Assembly: GCA_026389585.1 (NCBI GenBank)
Contig: JAPLHP010000075.1
Span: 1 to 61,349, forward strand
Source: Chloroflexota bacterium
GTDB taxonomy: Bacteria; Chloroflexota; Dehalococcoidia; UBA2247; RBG-13-53-26
DNA: 61,349 nucleotides
Reading direction: 5' to 3'
The notes under the pieces are model-generated. The model was not told the origin of the DNA. It saw only the letters and a list, made by a program, of their open reading frames with translations, and searched no databases. Shown one piece after another: positions 1 to 8,973 of this stretch. Both the position numbers and the translations under genes were made by a program. The first letter of the stretch is position 1. The number at the start of each line of letters is the position of its first letter.

Positions 1-2
1 CT

Positions 3-158
3 GAGGAAGGGAAAGACCTCTTCTTTCATCAGAGTCAGCTCGAAGGTGTGGACTATTCTTCCCTCAAGGAAGGCCAAGAGGTAGAATACGAGGCTGGCAC
101 GGGGCGTAGTGGTCGCCCTGAGGCTGCCAAGGTGAAGCTACGATCACCCCAAGACTGA
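3..158 (+). CDS. cold-shock domain protein, C-terminal part (5' end outside window)
   Basis: Frame 3 reads EEGKDLFFHQSQLEGVDYSSLKEGQEVEYEAGTGRSGRPEAAKVKL, with stop TGA at 156-158. This resembles the C-terminal half of CspA-type domains (DVFVH..L.EGQ.VEF..G.KGP.A.NV). The ORF is open to the window edge. Confidence 0.7.
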   Translation, partial: EEGKDLFFHQSQLEGVDYSSLKEGQEVEYEAGTGRSGRPEAAKVKLRSPQD

Positions 159-184
159 ATAGCACTCACTATAACCATCACCCC

Positions 185-240
185 GTAGAACCTCAGCCAA
201 TCCCCCTTTCCATCCAAGCTGAGGTTGGTTGGTACAATGG
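185..240 (+). repeat. promoter-like intergenic repeat, copy D (upstream of nitroreductase)
   Basis: GTAGAACCTCAGCCAATCCCCCTTTCCATCCAAGCTGAGGTTGGTTGGTACAATGG. Ends in TGgTACAAT (extended -10 look) 51 nt before ATG 291. About 80 percent identical to copy E by eye. Confidence 0.55.
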
Positions 241-290
241 TGGCAGGCGGGTCACACCAAGGAGAAGGTGCTAGAAGAAATGGAGGACAG

Positions 291-791
291 ATGGATAGCA
301 TCCTGGACGTGATTGTCTCACGAAGGAGTGTCAGGAAGTGGAAATCCGATGCCGTTTCCGATGCGGACATCAAAGATGTGCTGGAAGCGGCAATGAATGC
401 CCCATCAGCGGTGAATGAGCAAGCATGGCAGTTCGTTCTGCTGAGCGGAAGAGTCCTTGAAGACTTTCTCAAAATCAATGGGAACACTGCCAAGGGCGCA
501 CCTGTGGGGATCCTTGTTTGTGGCGATAAGAAGCTGGACAAGCTCGGCGGATTCTATCTGCATGACTGTTGTGCTGCCACACAGAACATTCTTCTCTCGG
601 TTCATGCAAAGGGACTGGGAGGAGTCTGGACTGCTGTCTTCCCCAACGCTATTCCGGAAGTGCGCAAGCTACTGAATCTGCCAGACCATGTCATTCCAAT
701 CTCCTTTGTTCCCTTCGGATACCCCGTCTCAGAGCGGCCCAAACCGACTAGTCGATACGACGAAGCGAAAGTGCACAGAAATCGCTGGTAG
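291..791 (+). CDS. nitroreductase family protein
   Basis: MDSILDVIVSRRSVRKW..NAPSAVNEQAW..GLGGVW is a typical nitroreductase N-terminal signature. GGAGG lies upstream of ATG 291, so the track ORF start at 225 is probably over-extended. Confidence 0.85.
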   Translation: MDSILDVIVSRRSVRKWKSDAVSDADIKDVLEAAMNAPSAVNEQAWQFVLLSGRVLEDFLKINGNTAKGAPVGILVCGDKKLDKLGGFYLHDCCAATQNILLSVHAKGLGGVWTAVFPNAIPEVRKLLNLPDHVIPISFVPFGYPVSERPKPTSRYDEAKVHRNRW

Positions 792-812
792 GCCCCCCGG
801 GTGTGGTGCTTA

Positions 813-870
813 GCAGAACTTCAGCCTATTCCCACCTTTGTATCCAGGCTGGGGTTGGGGTGGTACCGAG
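813..870 (+). repeat. promoter-like intergenic repeat, copy E (decayed, downstream of nitroreductase)
   Basis: GCAGAACTTCAGCCTATTCCCACCTTTGTATCCAGGCTGGGGTTGGGGTGGTACCGAG aligns with copy D. The -10-like hexamer is degraded to TACCGA. It lies between convergent genes. Confidence 0.5.
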
Positions 871-933
871 AAGATTCTGCTGATGCTGCAGTTCTATGAA
901 GCACCCTTGAGCTAACCTGCGTACGCCGCTCTC

Positions 934-1416
934 TCAGTGGGGCGTAGTGCCGTATGGATATGGTTGCATCTCTCGAAGCAGTTCAATACCTTTAGCGTAG
1001 AGCTTGTCCAGGAGTTCATTCAGACTCGCAAGTTCCTTGCTTGAGAGGCAGGAGGTGACATTCCTGACGGTTCGCACATTCACTTGACGCTTGAAGGACT
1101 CCTCGCCTTTCTTGGTCAATGACACTCTGACCAGGTTCTTCCTCTTCAAGTCCTTGGTCTTCTTCACGAGGCCTTGCGCTTCCATGCGGCTCAGAAGCCC
1201 GGAGAGGGTGTGGGGCTCCTTATAAATCAGGCGTGACAGCTTAGAGGGTGTTAGCGGCCCCTCGACTGTCTTCAGGAAGTATATGACTGCCGCCTGAGGA
1301 AGCGAAAGGCCAGCTTGGCCTAGCTCCAGCTCTCTGGCCCTTTCCAGGATCGTGTAGGTTACGACCAGGCGTTCCCACGTTTTCTCGTTCCCATTCATCT
1401 GTGCAGCATCTTTCAC
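934..1416 (-). CDS. MarR family transcriptional regulator
   Basis: Winged-helix region LSLPQAAVIYFLKTVEGPLTPSKLSRLIYKEPHTLSGLLSRMEAQGLVKK..DLKRKNLVRVSLTKKG. GTG at 1416 has GGAGGA 5 nt upstream. ATG 1398 and the track start 1521 are alternatives. Confidence 0.8.
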   Translation of the reverse strand: MKDAAQMNGNEKTWERLVVTYTILERARELELGQAGLSLPQAAVIYFLKTVEGPLTPSKLSRLIYKEPHTLSGLLSRMEAQGLVKKTKDLKRKNLVRVSLTKKGEESFKRQVNVRTVRNVTSCLSSKELASLNELLDKLYAKGIELLREMQPYPYGTTPH

Positions 1417-1524
1417 TCTATTCCTCCATGTAATTTTTGTTACATTGTCCAATATTCTACATCGATTTGGGCAATTGTCCAACCAGGCAGCACAACACCA
1501 GGAGCATGAGGATGATCTCAAGCC

Positions 1525-2352
1525 CTACGAGATGACACTGAAGTGAGAGGGGTGCCTCAGCCCGGCTTCGCGCATGCGCCGAATGAGCAGACCTAGACTG
1601 GCCAACCCGACAGCAATCAAGCCGATGAACTCAATGCCGACCCAACGGATTGATATGCGACCGGTCAAAGACCCCAGTATGTCCCACGCGGCGTGTAGCA
1701 GGACGGCAGCCAGGAATGCGCTGGCTATTGACCAGTTCAGAACGCTGTGACCCGCCCGTTGCCGCTCCCGCCACATGACGGCACACACGAGGCCCGTCCA
1801 GGCCCCGTGCCCGACGGGAGAGACCAGCGCCCGGACAAGGAGCGTTTCCTGAAGGGAGCCGATACTCCCCTGAGACTGCAGAAAAGCTGTGAGGCCATGC
1901 CCCATGCTCTCCAGAGCGGCGAATCCCATGCCGCTGGCGACGCCGAAGAGCAACCCATCAGCTTCCGAACGGTAGCGGCCGCGTAGATACACTGCGACTG
2001 GAATGATTAGTTTGGCACTTTCCTCGATCACGCCCACACCGAGCAACTGAAGGAATCCCAGTTTGCGCAGCGTTGCATACTCAACCAGTCCGGCCACAAT
2101 CAGTCCCACTGCGCCACTCAGGAAGACTATGACGGCGATGGTTGGTACGGGGACATTCTTCACTTGAACACGCTGGTAAACATAGATCACAAACGTCACG
2201 GGCACGAGGGAGGCACCGAGGAGAATTACGGTTGGCAGGAGGTTGGGGTTACTTGTGACGACCAGCGCTGCGTCCATAGCTGCGAAAAGAGCAAACCCGC
2301 CAGCAAGCGCCAGGAACCACGTGTGTCTTACGAACTCAAGCCGTCTGAACAC
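1525..2352 (-). CDS. PrsW family intramembrane metalloprotease
   Basis: Multi-pass membrane protein with the PrsW motifs EESAK (EExxK), FGVASGMGFAALES, GHGAWTG and LHAAWD (HxxxD). Confidence 0.8.
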   Translation of the reverse strand: MFRRLEFVRHTWFLALAGGFALFAAMDAALVVTSNPNLLPTVILLGASLVPVTFVIYVYQRVQVKNVPVPTIAVIVFLSGAVGLIVAGLVEYATLRKLGFLQLLGVGVIEESAKLIIPVAVYLRGRYRSEADGLLFGVASGMGFAALESMGHGLTAFLQSQGSIGSLQETLLVRALVSPVGHGAWTGLVCAVMWRERQRAGHSVLNWSIASAFLAAVLLHAAWDILGSLTGRISIRWVGIEFIGLIAVGLASLGLLIRRMREAGLRHPSHFSVIS

Positions 2353-2372
2353 AATGCATCACTCTCCATGGG

Positions 2373-2861
2373 TCAACATCCATCTAGTCTCTCCCTCAAC
2401 ACTCTCAGATTCACGACATCCTCTCTGTTGTACTCCAGCAGCAGATCCAGGGCGGTCTGATCGCCGTCGATTTTGTATTTCCACCAGAGCAGCACCGCCT
2501 GAAATCCGCCAATGGTCGTTAGTCGCCTCGGGATGCCCAGTTGTTGCTCTACGGCTTTAAAACCGCCGTAGAGATTGTTCCGCCAACAGTCGTACATCAG
2601 ATCATGGTGGTGGAATTGGGTCGAAAGGCTTACGTCTAAGCGGGCCTTTATGAAGGGAAGGTCAAAGCGCTTGCCGTTGTAGGTGAAAATGGTATCTACT
2701 CCGTCCAGCGCTTTGAGGAGTCTCTCTCTGGTTACCTCCTCGCCTACCAGTTGCACAAACCTGGGAGTACTCCCCCCAACGACGTAGATGCCGACGACTG
2801 TTACGTCGTCAAAGTACGGAGATAGGCCAGTAGTTTCGATATCCAGGTAGGCTTCGGTCAT
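2373..2861 (-). CDS. RNase H-like / 3'-5' exonuclease domain protein (YprB-like)
   Basis: LDIETTGL, NGKRFDLPFI and YNREDVVNL are the DEDD-type exonuclease motif pattern. Confidence 0.65.
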   Translation of the reverse strand: MTEAYLDIETTGLSPYFDDVTVVGIYVVGGSTPRFVQLVGEEVTRERLLKALDGVDTIFTYNGKRFDLPFIKARLDVSLSTQFHHHDLMYDCWRNNLYGGFKAVEQQLGIPRRLTTIGGFQAVLLWWKYKIDGDQTALDLLLEYNREDVVNLRVLRERLDGC

Positions 2862-2939
2862 TGGTTCGGCCAGTCCCTTCTTTCGTTGCCCATCAACTCA
2901 GAATATAGCAGACAGGAGAGTGGGTTGAGAAGTCCCTTC

Positions 2940-3090
2940 GAAGAGGTTGTGAGTGACGGCTGGACGTGCCCTCTTCACCTTGTTGCGACTGGCACTTGCT
3001 CTCGCTCCAGAGAAATCCCTGCCCCAAGACAGAAACGGTTTGAGATGGAGGACTCTTTTTGTATCCAAGCTGAGGATGAGTGGTATAATC
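2940..3090 (+). repeat. promoter-like intergenic repeat, long copy A (upstream of lipoprotein gene)
   Basis: GAAGAGG..TTGTGAGTG..CTTGTTGCGACTGGCACTTGC..CCCCAAGACAGAAAC..GGAGGACTCTTTTTGTATCCAAGCTGAGGATGAGTGGTATAAT. Shares blocks with copy B (4300-4494), F, C and D. Ends in TGgTATAAT. Confidence 0.55.
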
Positions 3091-3192
3091 TCCTCGTGAC
3101 CATGTCCTGCTAGTATGGACACGATGCCTCAAAGGGTGTTGCCAAAGTCAGAAGAGCAGGTAGAGGCAGTGATGAAAGGAAAGGAGTCCCTG

Positions 3193-4110
3193 ATGCGAAG
3201 AAGACTAGTGAGGATAAGAGTAATAGACGACATTATCAAGTTGCTTATTGTCTTCAGCCTGGTGGGGCTTCCTATTGTGGCCTTCAGCTCATGTAGCTCA
3301 GCACAGACTATAGTGGATCCTTCAGGGAATAAGACTACTGAGGTGAGAGACTTAGAAAGCTTCAACAGTGTAGAACTTACAGTGCGTGGAACATTAGTTA
3401 TTGAGCAGGGTGACAAGGATTCCATAAGCATAGAAACATATAAAAACCTGATGACTCTGGTTACAACCAATGTTTCTTCTGGCAAATTGACCATTGGTTT
3501 CAAAGAGGGCTATGGGGTTGGATACAGCGAGGGGGATATGGACTTTCGTCTAATGGCAAAAGACTTGAACAGCATCTCTAATAGTAGTCTTGGTTCAATA
3601 GCTGCTAGTGGTTTACACACCGAGGGTCTGGAGATGGATCTGACTAGTTACGGGGATATCAGTATTGACAATCTTGTTGTCGAAGGGAACCTGGTGATCA
3701 ACTCGAGTGGTTTTGGGGACATGACTACTGATAACCTTGTGGTGACAGAGGGCTTGCAGATCAATTCGAACCGTATTGGCGGAGTGACGATTCAGAACCT
3801 TGTAGCCAAGGAGATTACCACTGAGATCACTGATTTGGGCATTGTCAGCCTGTCAGGCAAAGCAGATAAACAGACAATTACTAGTAGGGGTGTTGGCGTT
3901 TACGAAGCTGAAGGGCTTGAAAGTACTGAATGTACGGTGGAGATTAATGCCACCACTTTCCATACAGATTCTCCAGAGTGCAGGGTTAGTCTTAATGTGA
4001 GTGACAGCTTGGATGTCAGGCTTAATGGAGATGTGGACGTCTGCTATAAGGGAAACCCTCAAGTGACAGAGGAAGTATCTGGCAACGGTAGTGTAAAGAG
4101 AATCGAATAG
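3193..4110 (+). CDS. lipoprotein with head GIN / DUF2807-like beta-repeat domain
   Basis: AAGGAG lies 6 nt upstream of ATG 3193. Signal peptide MRRRLVRIRV..LLIVFSLVGLPIVAFSSC has a lipobox. The body has repetitive SGDI/GNL segments ending GNGSVKRIE, like putative adhesin DUF2807 proteins. The track ORF begins at 3115. Confidence 0.6.
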   Translation: MRRRLVRIRVIDDIIKLLIVFSLVGLPIVAFSSCSSAQTIVDPSGNKTTEVRDLESFNSVELTVRGTLVIEQGDKDSISIETYKNLMTLVTTNVSSGKLTIGFKEGYGVGYSEGDMDFRLMAKDLNSISNSSLGSIAASGLHTEGLEMDLTSYGDISIDNLVVEGNLVINSSGFGDMTTDNLVVTEGLQINSNRIGGVTIQNLVAKEITTEITDLGIVSLSGKADKQTITSRGVGVYEAEGLESTECTVEINATTFHTDSPECRVSLNVSDSLDVRLNGDVDVCYKGNPQVTEEVSGNGSVKRIE

Positions 4111-4189
4111 ATCTGGTCGAGTCCGCCTCTTTATTGCCGTCTAGCCTTGCCCCAGTGTGGCTTTGTTGAACGTCAAACTATTCTTATAG

Positions 4190-4222
4190 ACTGGTGCCGA
4201 GGAGCAGAGTCGAACTGCTGAC
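4190..4222. repeat. att-like direct repeat (copy of the 3' end of tRNA-Phe)
   Basis: ACTGGTGCCGAGGAGCAGAGTCGAACTGCTGAC is identical to 8196-8228. Confidence 0.85.
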
Positions 4223-4299
4223 TGGAGTCAGACTGGTAGTTGAAGTGCCCGAAATGCTTCAAGCAATGGTGAATGATGGGTGATGCCCTGTTGCTGGGG

Positions 4300-4494
4300 G
4301 AAGAGGCATATTGTGAGTGCAGTCTGAATCCGTCACTGACGTTTGGCTGACCTTGAAGCTGATGCCTCGATTCTTGTCGCTAGCATTGCGAGTGGCATTT
4401 GCACCTGCTCCATTGGTTTCTGTGCCCCAAGACAGAAGCTCTTGGGATGCGAATAGTAAAAACAGCGGTTTTCAAATGGGGATGTTGTCATTGG
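4300..4494 (+). repeat. promoter-like intergenic repeat, long copy B (inside islet)
   Basis: GAAGAGGCAT..TTGTGAGTG..GCGAGTGGCATTTGCACCTGCTCCA..TGCCCCAAGACAGAAGC..TTTTCAAATGGGGATG parallels copy A and the 3' part of copy F. Confidence 0.5.
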
Positions 4495-4607
4495 AGTGTG
4501 GAAAGGCTACAAATGAGGGCAGATAAAGACTAAATAACCTTCATCTTCGGTCTTCTCCAAATTACCTCAGCGGAGTTGGGCTCTCTGGAATGAGTCGTCT
4601 GTCTAGC

Positions 4608-5954
4608 TTAGTCTGAAGAAACCGTATTTCCCTCTCCCTTCAGGGGGATAGACATGAACGCTGACTTTACCCTCTGCTCATAGTCTGGGTCTTCTCTGAG
4701 CTCCCTGAACAGAGGCCATTGAGCAAAATAGTCTTCTTCCATTTCATCCACGATGATTGCATTAGGGAGATTAGCGTAGAAGCCATCCCTGTCACTCTCT
4801 AGTGCACAAAGTGCCAGCTTATACATTGGACTGAGCGTGGACATGTCATATGTGGCAAGCTGTTTCTGTAATTCACTGGTTCTATTCTGCCACTTGAGGG
4901 ATTGGCAGTAGTTCACATCTAACCCTAGACGAACGGCTCCGTCTGAAATCTTTTGTTGCTTGCCAAACAGACAAATTCGTTCCGCAGCATTCCATTGTTG
5001 CTTACAGAGCGCATCGTAACAGTCTGCGAGCAGAGTGCCGTCAGCAGACCTAATATCATCCTTTCTCCAATGCCGCCAGCAAGATTGAAGCAATACAACT
5101 CCTGCTAGATAGATCTCGTTGAAGACCCCTGAGAAGTAGTCTTCCGTTACACCAATCTGCTTGCCTTCCCTCAAATCCTTTGGTTTCTCAGGGGCAATCG
5201 AAATGTCAGCGTTTTTCAAATAGAACCTGTTAATCTTGCTGTTGTTATGAACTATTAGGTTTCTTCGCTCTATTGCCTCGTTGATTCTGTGCCAATTCAC
5301 GATGTCCTCTTGAAGTTCAATGCCAAGCCGTTGTTTAAGGTATTTCTTTTGAGTCTCCAGGTTGTCCCGCAAAACCTTGTCTACTTCCTTGTTTACGACG
5401 CAATTCATTGCTTCAGTCAGATCACTACAAAGCCGTAGTTCGTCTAATCTCAGACATAGGTCTTTTTCAGAATCAGAAAGGCTCTCTGGGTAGCTCTGGT
5501 AGTAACAGTGAATCAAGTCAGACACTAGAAAATCAAAGTAGCTCAGCAACATAACAAGCGAACTCTTATATAGTAGGTCAATCTGCGTAGCAGTAAGAAG
5601 AGGGATCTTACTTGTGATTTGAAGAAGTTTTGCGTACGATCTATGGTCTATTATGATCTTGACGCCGTCTTGGGCTCCTTTCTTTGGTTTAACCTTGCTT
5701 TTGGAGCTTTCAGGTTCGGCTGTTTCCTGCTTTATGGCATTTCCCCTGATGAGTTCCTCCAATGTTTCCAACACTTTGTCTGACGTTGCTTTGTCGTACT
5801 CTTTGGCTATGGGAGCGACCCTGCCCACAAATATCTCTAAGCTCTCTAGATTTGACCTGAAGGCACCGTGGATGTCTCTTGGGCCATGTGGTTTTGATCC
5901 TTGCTTCTTTCCTTTTGTTCTTCCCTTACTTGTTCCCTCAGTCTTCGCTCCCAC
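4608..5954 (-). CDS. hypothetical protein with HEPN-like Rx4H motif
   Basis: Long clean ORF. GAAAGGAGG lies 9 nt upstream of GTG 5954. The track start TTG 6038 coincides with a TGTTACAAT -10-like box, so it is unlikely to be the start. Motif AIERRNLIVHNN sits in a helical region. I recognise no named family. Confidence 0.6.
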   Translation of the reverse strand: MGAKTEGTSKGRTKGKKQGSKPHGPRDIHGAFRSNLESLEIFVGRVAPIAKEYDKATSDKVLETLEELIRGNAIKQETAEPESSKSKVKPKKGAQDGVKIIIDHRSYAKLLQITSKIPLLTATQIDLLYKSSLVMLLSYFDFLVSDLIHCYYQSYPESLSDSEKDLCLRLDELRLCSDLTEAMNCVVNKEVDKVLRDNLETQKKYLKQRLGIELQEDIVNWHRINEAIERRNLIVHNNSKINRFYLKNADISIAPEKPKDLREGKQIGVTEDYFSGVFNEIYLAGVVLLQSCWRHWRKDDIRSADGTLLADCYDALCKQQWNAAERICLFGKQQKISDGAVRLGLDVNYCQSLKWQNRTSELQKQLATYDMSTLSPMYKLALCALESDRDGFYANLPNAIIVDEMEEDYFAQWPLFRELREDPDYEQRVKSAFMSIPLKGEGNTVSSD

Positions 5955-6119
5955 TTGCACTTGCCTCCTTTCGCATCCGTCCAAAAGCCAGGGTGGTTTG
6001 CTGACAACGACATTGAATCGTATCGTGGTCTTGGACAACAGATTGTAACATATGAGTTATACCTGATCAATGATCATATTGGTGCATAGGTATGGACTCT
6101 TCCAAATATCCTACTGCAA

Positions 6120-6235
6120 TTGAAACAGCCCTCTAAGCCTCCTTCATACAATCTCCAGACCGAAGACAGAATCGATTTGAGGCGGAGGACTGTCTTTGTG
6201 TCCAAATTGGGGTTAGTGCTGCGATCGTGATAAGT
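6120..6235 (+). repeat. promoter-like intergenic repeat, copy F (HEPN-like/FRG divergent region)
   Basis: TTGAAACAGCCCTCTAAGCCTCCTTCATACAATCTCCAGACCGAAGACAGAATCGATTTGAGGCGGAGGACTGTCTTTGTGTCCAAATTGGGG. Its 5' half matches copy C and its 3' half matches copies A and B. Confidence 0.5.
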
Positions 6236-6349
6236 CTATACTGTGTCGTATCATGTGTAACAGATCATCGCTCTTGACTCTATCCCTAACCCCATTGTAT
6301 CATCTGCACTGCGATCACAGAATAAGATGAATGTTGGGCATGGCATAGA

Positions 6350-7120
6350 ATGAATAATATATCGTCTAAGCACGGCATTGAGCATTTGAGAGCCTCTGAC
6401 TGGGGCGATTTCGTAGCGTTCATAGATTCAAAATTGCTGTTTCCTCAGTATGTATGGAGAGGGCAACGTGATTCAACTTGGCTCTTGGAACCAACCCTAG
6501 ATAGGGTTCTTAGAAGGCTGGGCAAAGCAGGAGACACAAAAGCAGCTAATGAACATTTGTTGCGGTTCACGTATGCAACCCGAGGTCGTCGTGGCAGTAA
6601 TCCCCCCGGAATGGCAAGTGAGAATGATTGGTGGGCCCTAGGTCAACATCATGGCCTAGCCACTCCACTTTTGGATTGGACTGAATCCCCCTTTGTAGCG
6701 GCGTTCTTCGCATATGAATCAAACGAACCAAGCTCTAGAGGACGTCGCATGGTTTTTGGAGTCTCTAAAACTGCAGCTGAGCGCAAATCCAAGGAGATAG
6801 CCAAGCATCACACGGGAAGTACCCGCCCACCAATAGTTGAGTGTGTCGAGCCTTTTTCTGACGACAATCCTCGGCTTGTTAACCAACGTGCCCTCTTCAC
6901 CCGCTCACCGTCTGGGATGGACCTTGAGGAATGGGTAGTTGCGAATTTCCCTGAAGACGAGAAAAAGGTCCGATTGAGGAAAATCGAACTTCCCGAAACA
7001 GAACGAGAAACAGCTTTGAGATCGCTAAACAGAATGAACATAAACCATGCTTCGCTATTTCCAGACCTTTATGGGGCATCAAAGTTCGCTAACTTGAATC
7101 TTGAAGTGGAGAAGTATTGA
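6350..7120 (+). CDS. FRG domain-containing protein
   Basis: YVWRGQRDSTWLLEPTLDR, LGQHHGLATPLLDWTESPFVAAFFA and NPRLVNQRALFT match the three conserved blocks of the Pfam FRG domain. Confidence 0.75.
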   Translation: MNNISSKHGIEHLRASDWGDFVAFIDSKLLFPQYVWRGQRDSTWLLEPTLDRVLRRLGKAGDTKAANEHLLRFTYATRGRRGSNPPGMASENDWWALGQHHGLATPLLDWTESPFVAAFFAYESNEPSSRGRRMVFGVSKTAAERKSKEIAKHHTGSTRPPIVECVEPFSDDNPRLVNQRALFTRSPSGMDLEEWVVANFPEDEKKVRLRKIELPETERETALRSLNRMNINHASLFPDLYGASKFANLNLEVEKY

Positions 7121-7289
7121 CTGCACATCAACGCTTAACAACTCACTCCGGCTCCGAAACCTCGGGGTCTCAATAGAGTGCAGACCGACACAGCTTCAGA
7201 CTGCCCTCAGACTTGATTCATCAATTGCATCTCTCCCTGATCTCCCAGATGATTCCACACTCTGGAAATCCCGAAAAAATCCGCTGGCG

Positions 7290-7356
7290 TTGAAACAGCC
7301 ACTATATCCCCCTCAGCATAATCTCCATGCCCAAGACAAAACCTGCTTTTGGCAGC
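7290..7356 (+). repeat. promoter-like intergenic repeat, copy C
   Basis: TTGAAACAGCCACTATATCCCCCTCAGCATAATCTCCATGCCCAAGACAAAACCTGC aligns with the 5' half of copy F. Confidence 0.45.
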
Positions 7357-7381
7357 ATGTCGGCAGGCAGTGAAGCTGCTG

Positions 7382-8197
7382 TCAGTTGAGCACTAACCTA
7401 TAGTGTTTCAAGCAGTCGTCAAAGGTGATGCTTCTGGTATAGCGTAAAACCATGCTCAAGTCCTGCCAGCCTCCAAGGTGCATGATGTCGAGGGTAGACA
7501 GCCCTTTCCTGTGCAAATTGCAGGCAAAGCCTCTCCTGAAGCTGTGAGGATTGCACTTGATACCAGTGGCCTCTTGCAGCCTTCTGAGCATAGTCTTAAT
7601 ACCATCTTGATTCACACCCCCAGATTGTGTCCGTCTTGTGATCGCTGCCTAGATGTGCTCTTAACAGCGTTGCAGACCTCTCTGCGAATGGTGCTCTCTG
7701 CTGCTTATTGCCCTTGCCAATGATAGTGATGGTGAAGGTATCCCAGTTAATATCGTCTGCTTTGATACTCGCCAATTCGCTGAGCCTCATGCCGCTGTCA
7801 GCTAGGAGACTGACAATGCACTTGTCTCGTGGGTTATCCAGAGCATCGATGAGAGCATTCACCTGTTGCTCAGTGACGCTGGGTAATATCCTCTTCTCGA
7901 CCTTTGGAGGTTCGACTGCGAGTATGGGGTTGTCTTGAGTCTTGAGGTTGTAGCCGGACCTTGTGGAATATAGCCAGTTGTAGAAGGCTCGGAGTGTTCT
8001 GTAGTATGCGTGCTTACCACCGTTGTGACAACGTAGCGACTGCAGGAATTGGGCTATGTCACGACTTGTTACGTGTAAGCCTACAACACTGCTGGCTCTT
8101 TGAAGGTAACCATCATAGCAGGTGATGGTTCGTGGTGATAGTCCCTGCCTTCGGGACTTGAGGAAGTCCTTGCGCAGAGTGTTGAGTGAAGAAAAAC
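7382..8197 (-). pseudogene. tyrosine-type site-specific recombinase, frameshifted
   Basis: The N-terminal SAM-like and core part (LSPRTITCYDGYL..ADSGMRLSELASI..GKGNKQQ) is in one frame and ends at 7596. The C-terminal catalytic part (HSFRRGF..LGGW..VLRYT) is in another frame starting near 7615. There is no ATG/GTG/TTG start between the N-terminal domain and the tRNA. Confidence 0.8.
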
Positions 8198-8273
<76 letters not shown>

Positions 8274-8784
8274 AACCAATGAAGCTAAGAGAGAACGGCC
8301 CAAGCCAGAGCCTCAAAGCTGCTCAATTAGTATATTGGAGCAGGGCACTCCAGTCAATTTTGACCTGAGGGAATTGACTGGAGGATCTTCTACCGCCAGT
8401 ATCTCCCGGGTCATTGAACTCTGGAGATGACCAGAAGACACTGCCAAGCGCTGGGATTCAATGAGGCATACCAAGCTCACATAAATGCCTCCCTCATCGA
8501 TAGTTTGGGAAGGAAGCAAGCTTAGTCAGAATAGCGGAGTAGTAGTCTGCTGCTCTAAATCATAGGTGGCAGTGAATTCAGGGGACAGGCCGAAGTTCTA
8601 TCAATCCGTCTAATATCCAAAGCCCAAGAGCCTTGTTCTCTTCCAGGCTAGCGAGTGAAACAAAGGCTGGGATGGGCATGTGCAGAAGGGTATGTCCAGG
8701 CTATTGGGGGGGGCCAAAGCCTGGAGAATTGCATAGGAAGATGAACCATCCCAGCCTTCTATCCACTTTTACCTTGTTTCAAAC

Positions 8785-8970
8785 TCATCTTGTTTGTGGT
8801 TGCGAAGCCTCGTCTTTATTTGGGGGGCAACCCCCAAGCTCTTGCTGCCAAAGGGCTACCCACTTATCGAGCTTCTGCCACAGTGTTTCCAATTGTGCCT
8901 GGGTTTGGGTTGTGCCCTTCTTGCCCATTTTCTGCCTCCTTCCTGCCGTTTCCATAGCTCCCATCAGCAC
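8785..8970 (-). CDS. hypothetical small protein (possibly co-transcribed with the zinc-ribbon gene)
   Basis: The ORF starts 3 nt after the stop of the upstream zinc-ribbon ORF. No recognisable motif. An internal start at MGKKGTTQ is possible. Confidence 0.3.
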   Translation of the reverse strand: MLMGAMETAGRRQKMGKKGTTQTQAQLETLWQKLDKWVALWQQELGGCPPNKDEASQPQTR

Positions 8971-8973
8971 CCC

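Noticed and set aside
4317-4526. A 69-aa ORF near the left end of the islet.
   Set aside because: It overlaps repeat copy B, whose homologous copies elsewhere are non-coding, and it has no RBS or motif.
8350-8381. A perfect 10-bp inverted repeat, CCAGTCAATT-N12-AATTGACTGG, upstream of tRNA-Phe.
   Set aside because: It is an isolated hairpin with no T-run and no adjacent supported gene or repeat partner. The evidence is insufficient to call it a terminator or operator.
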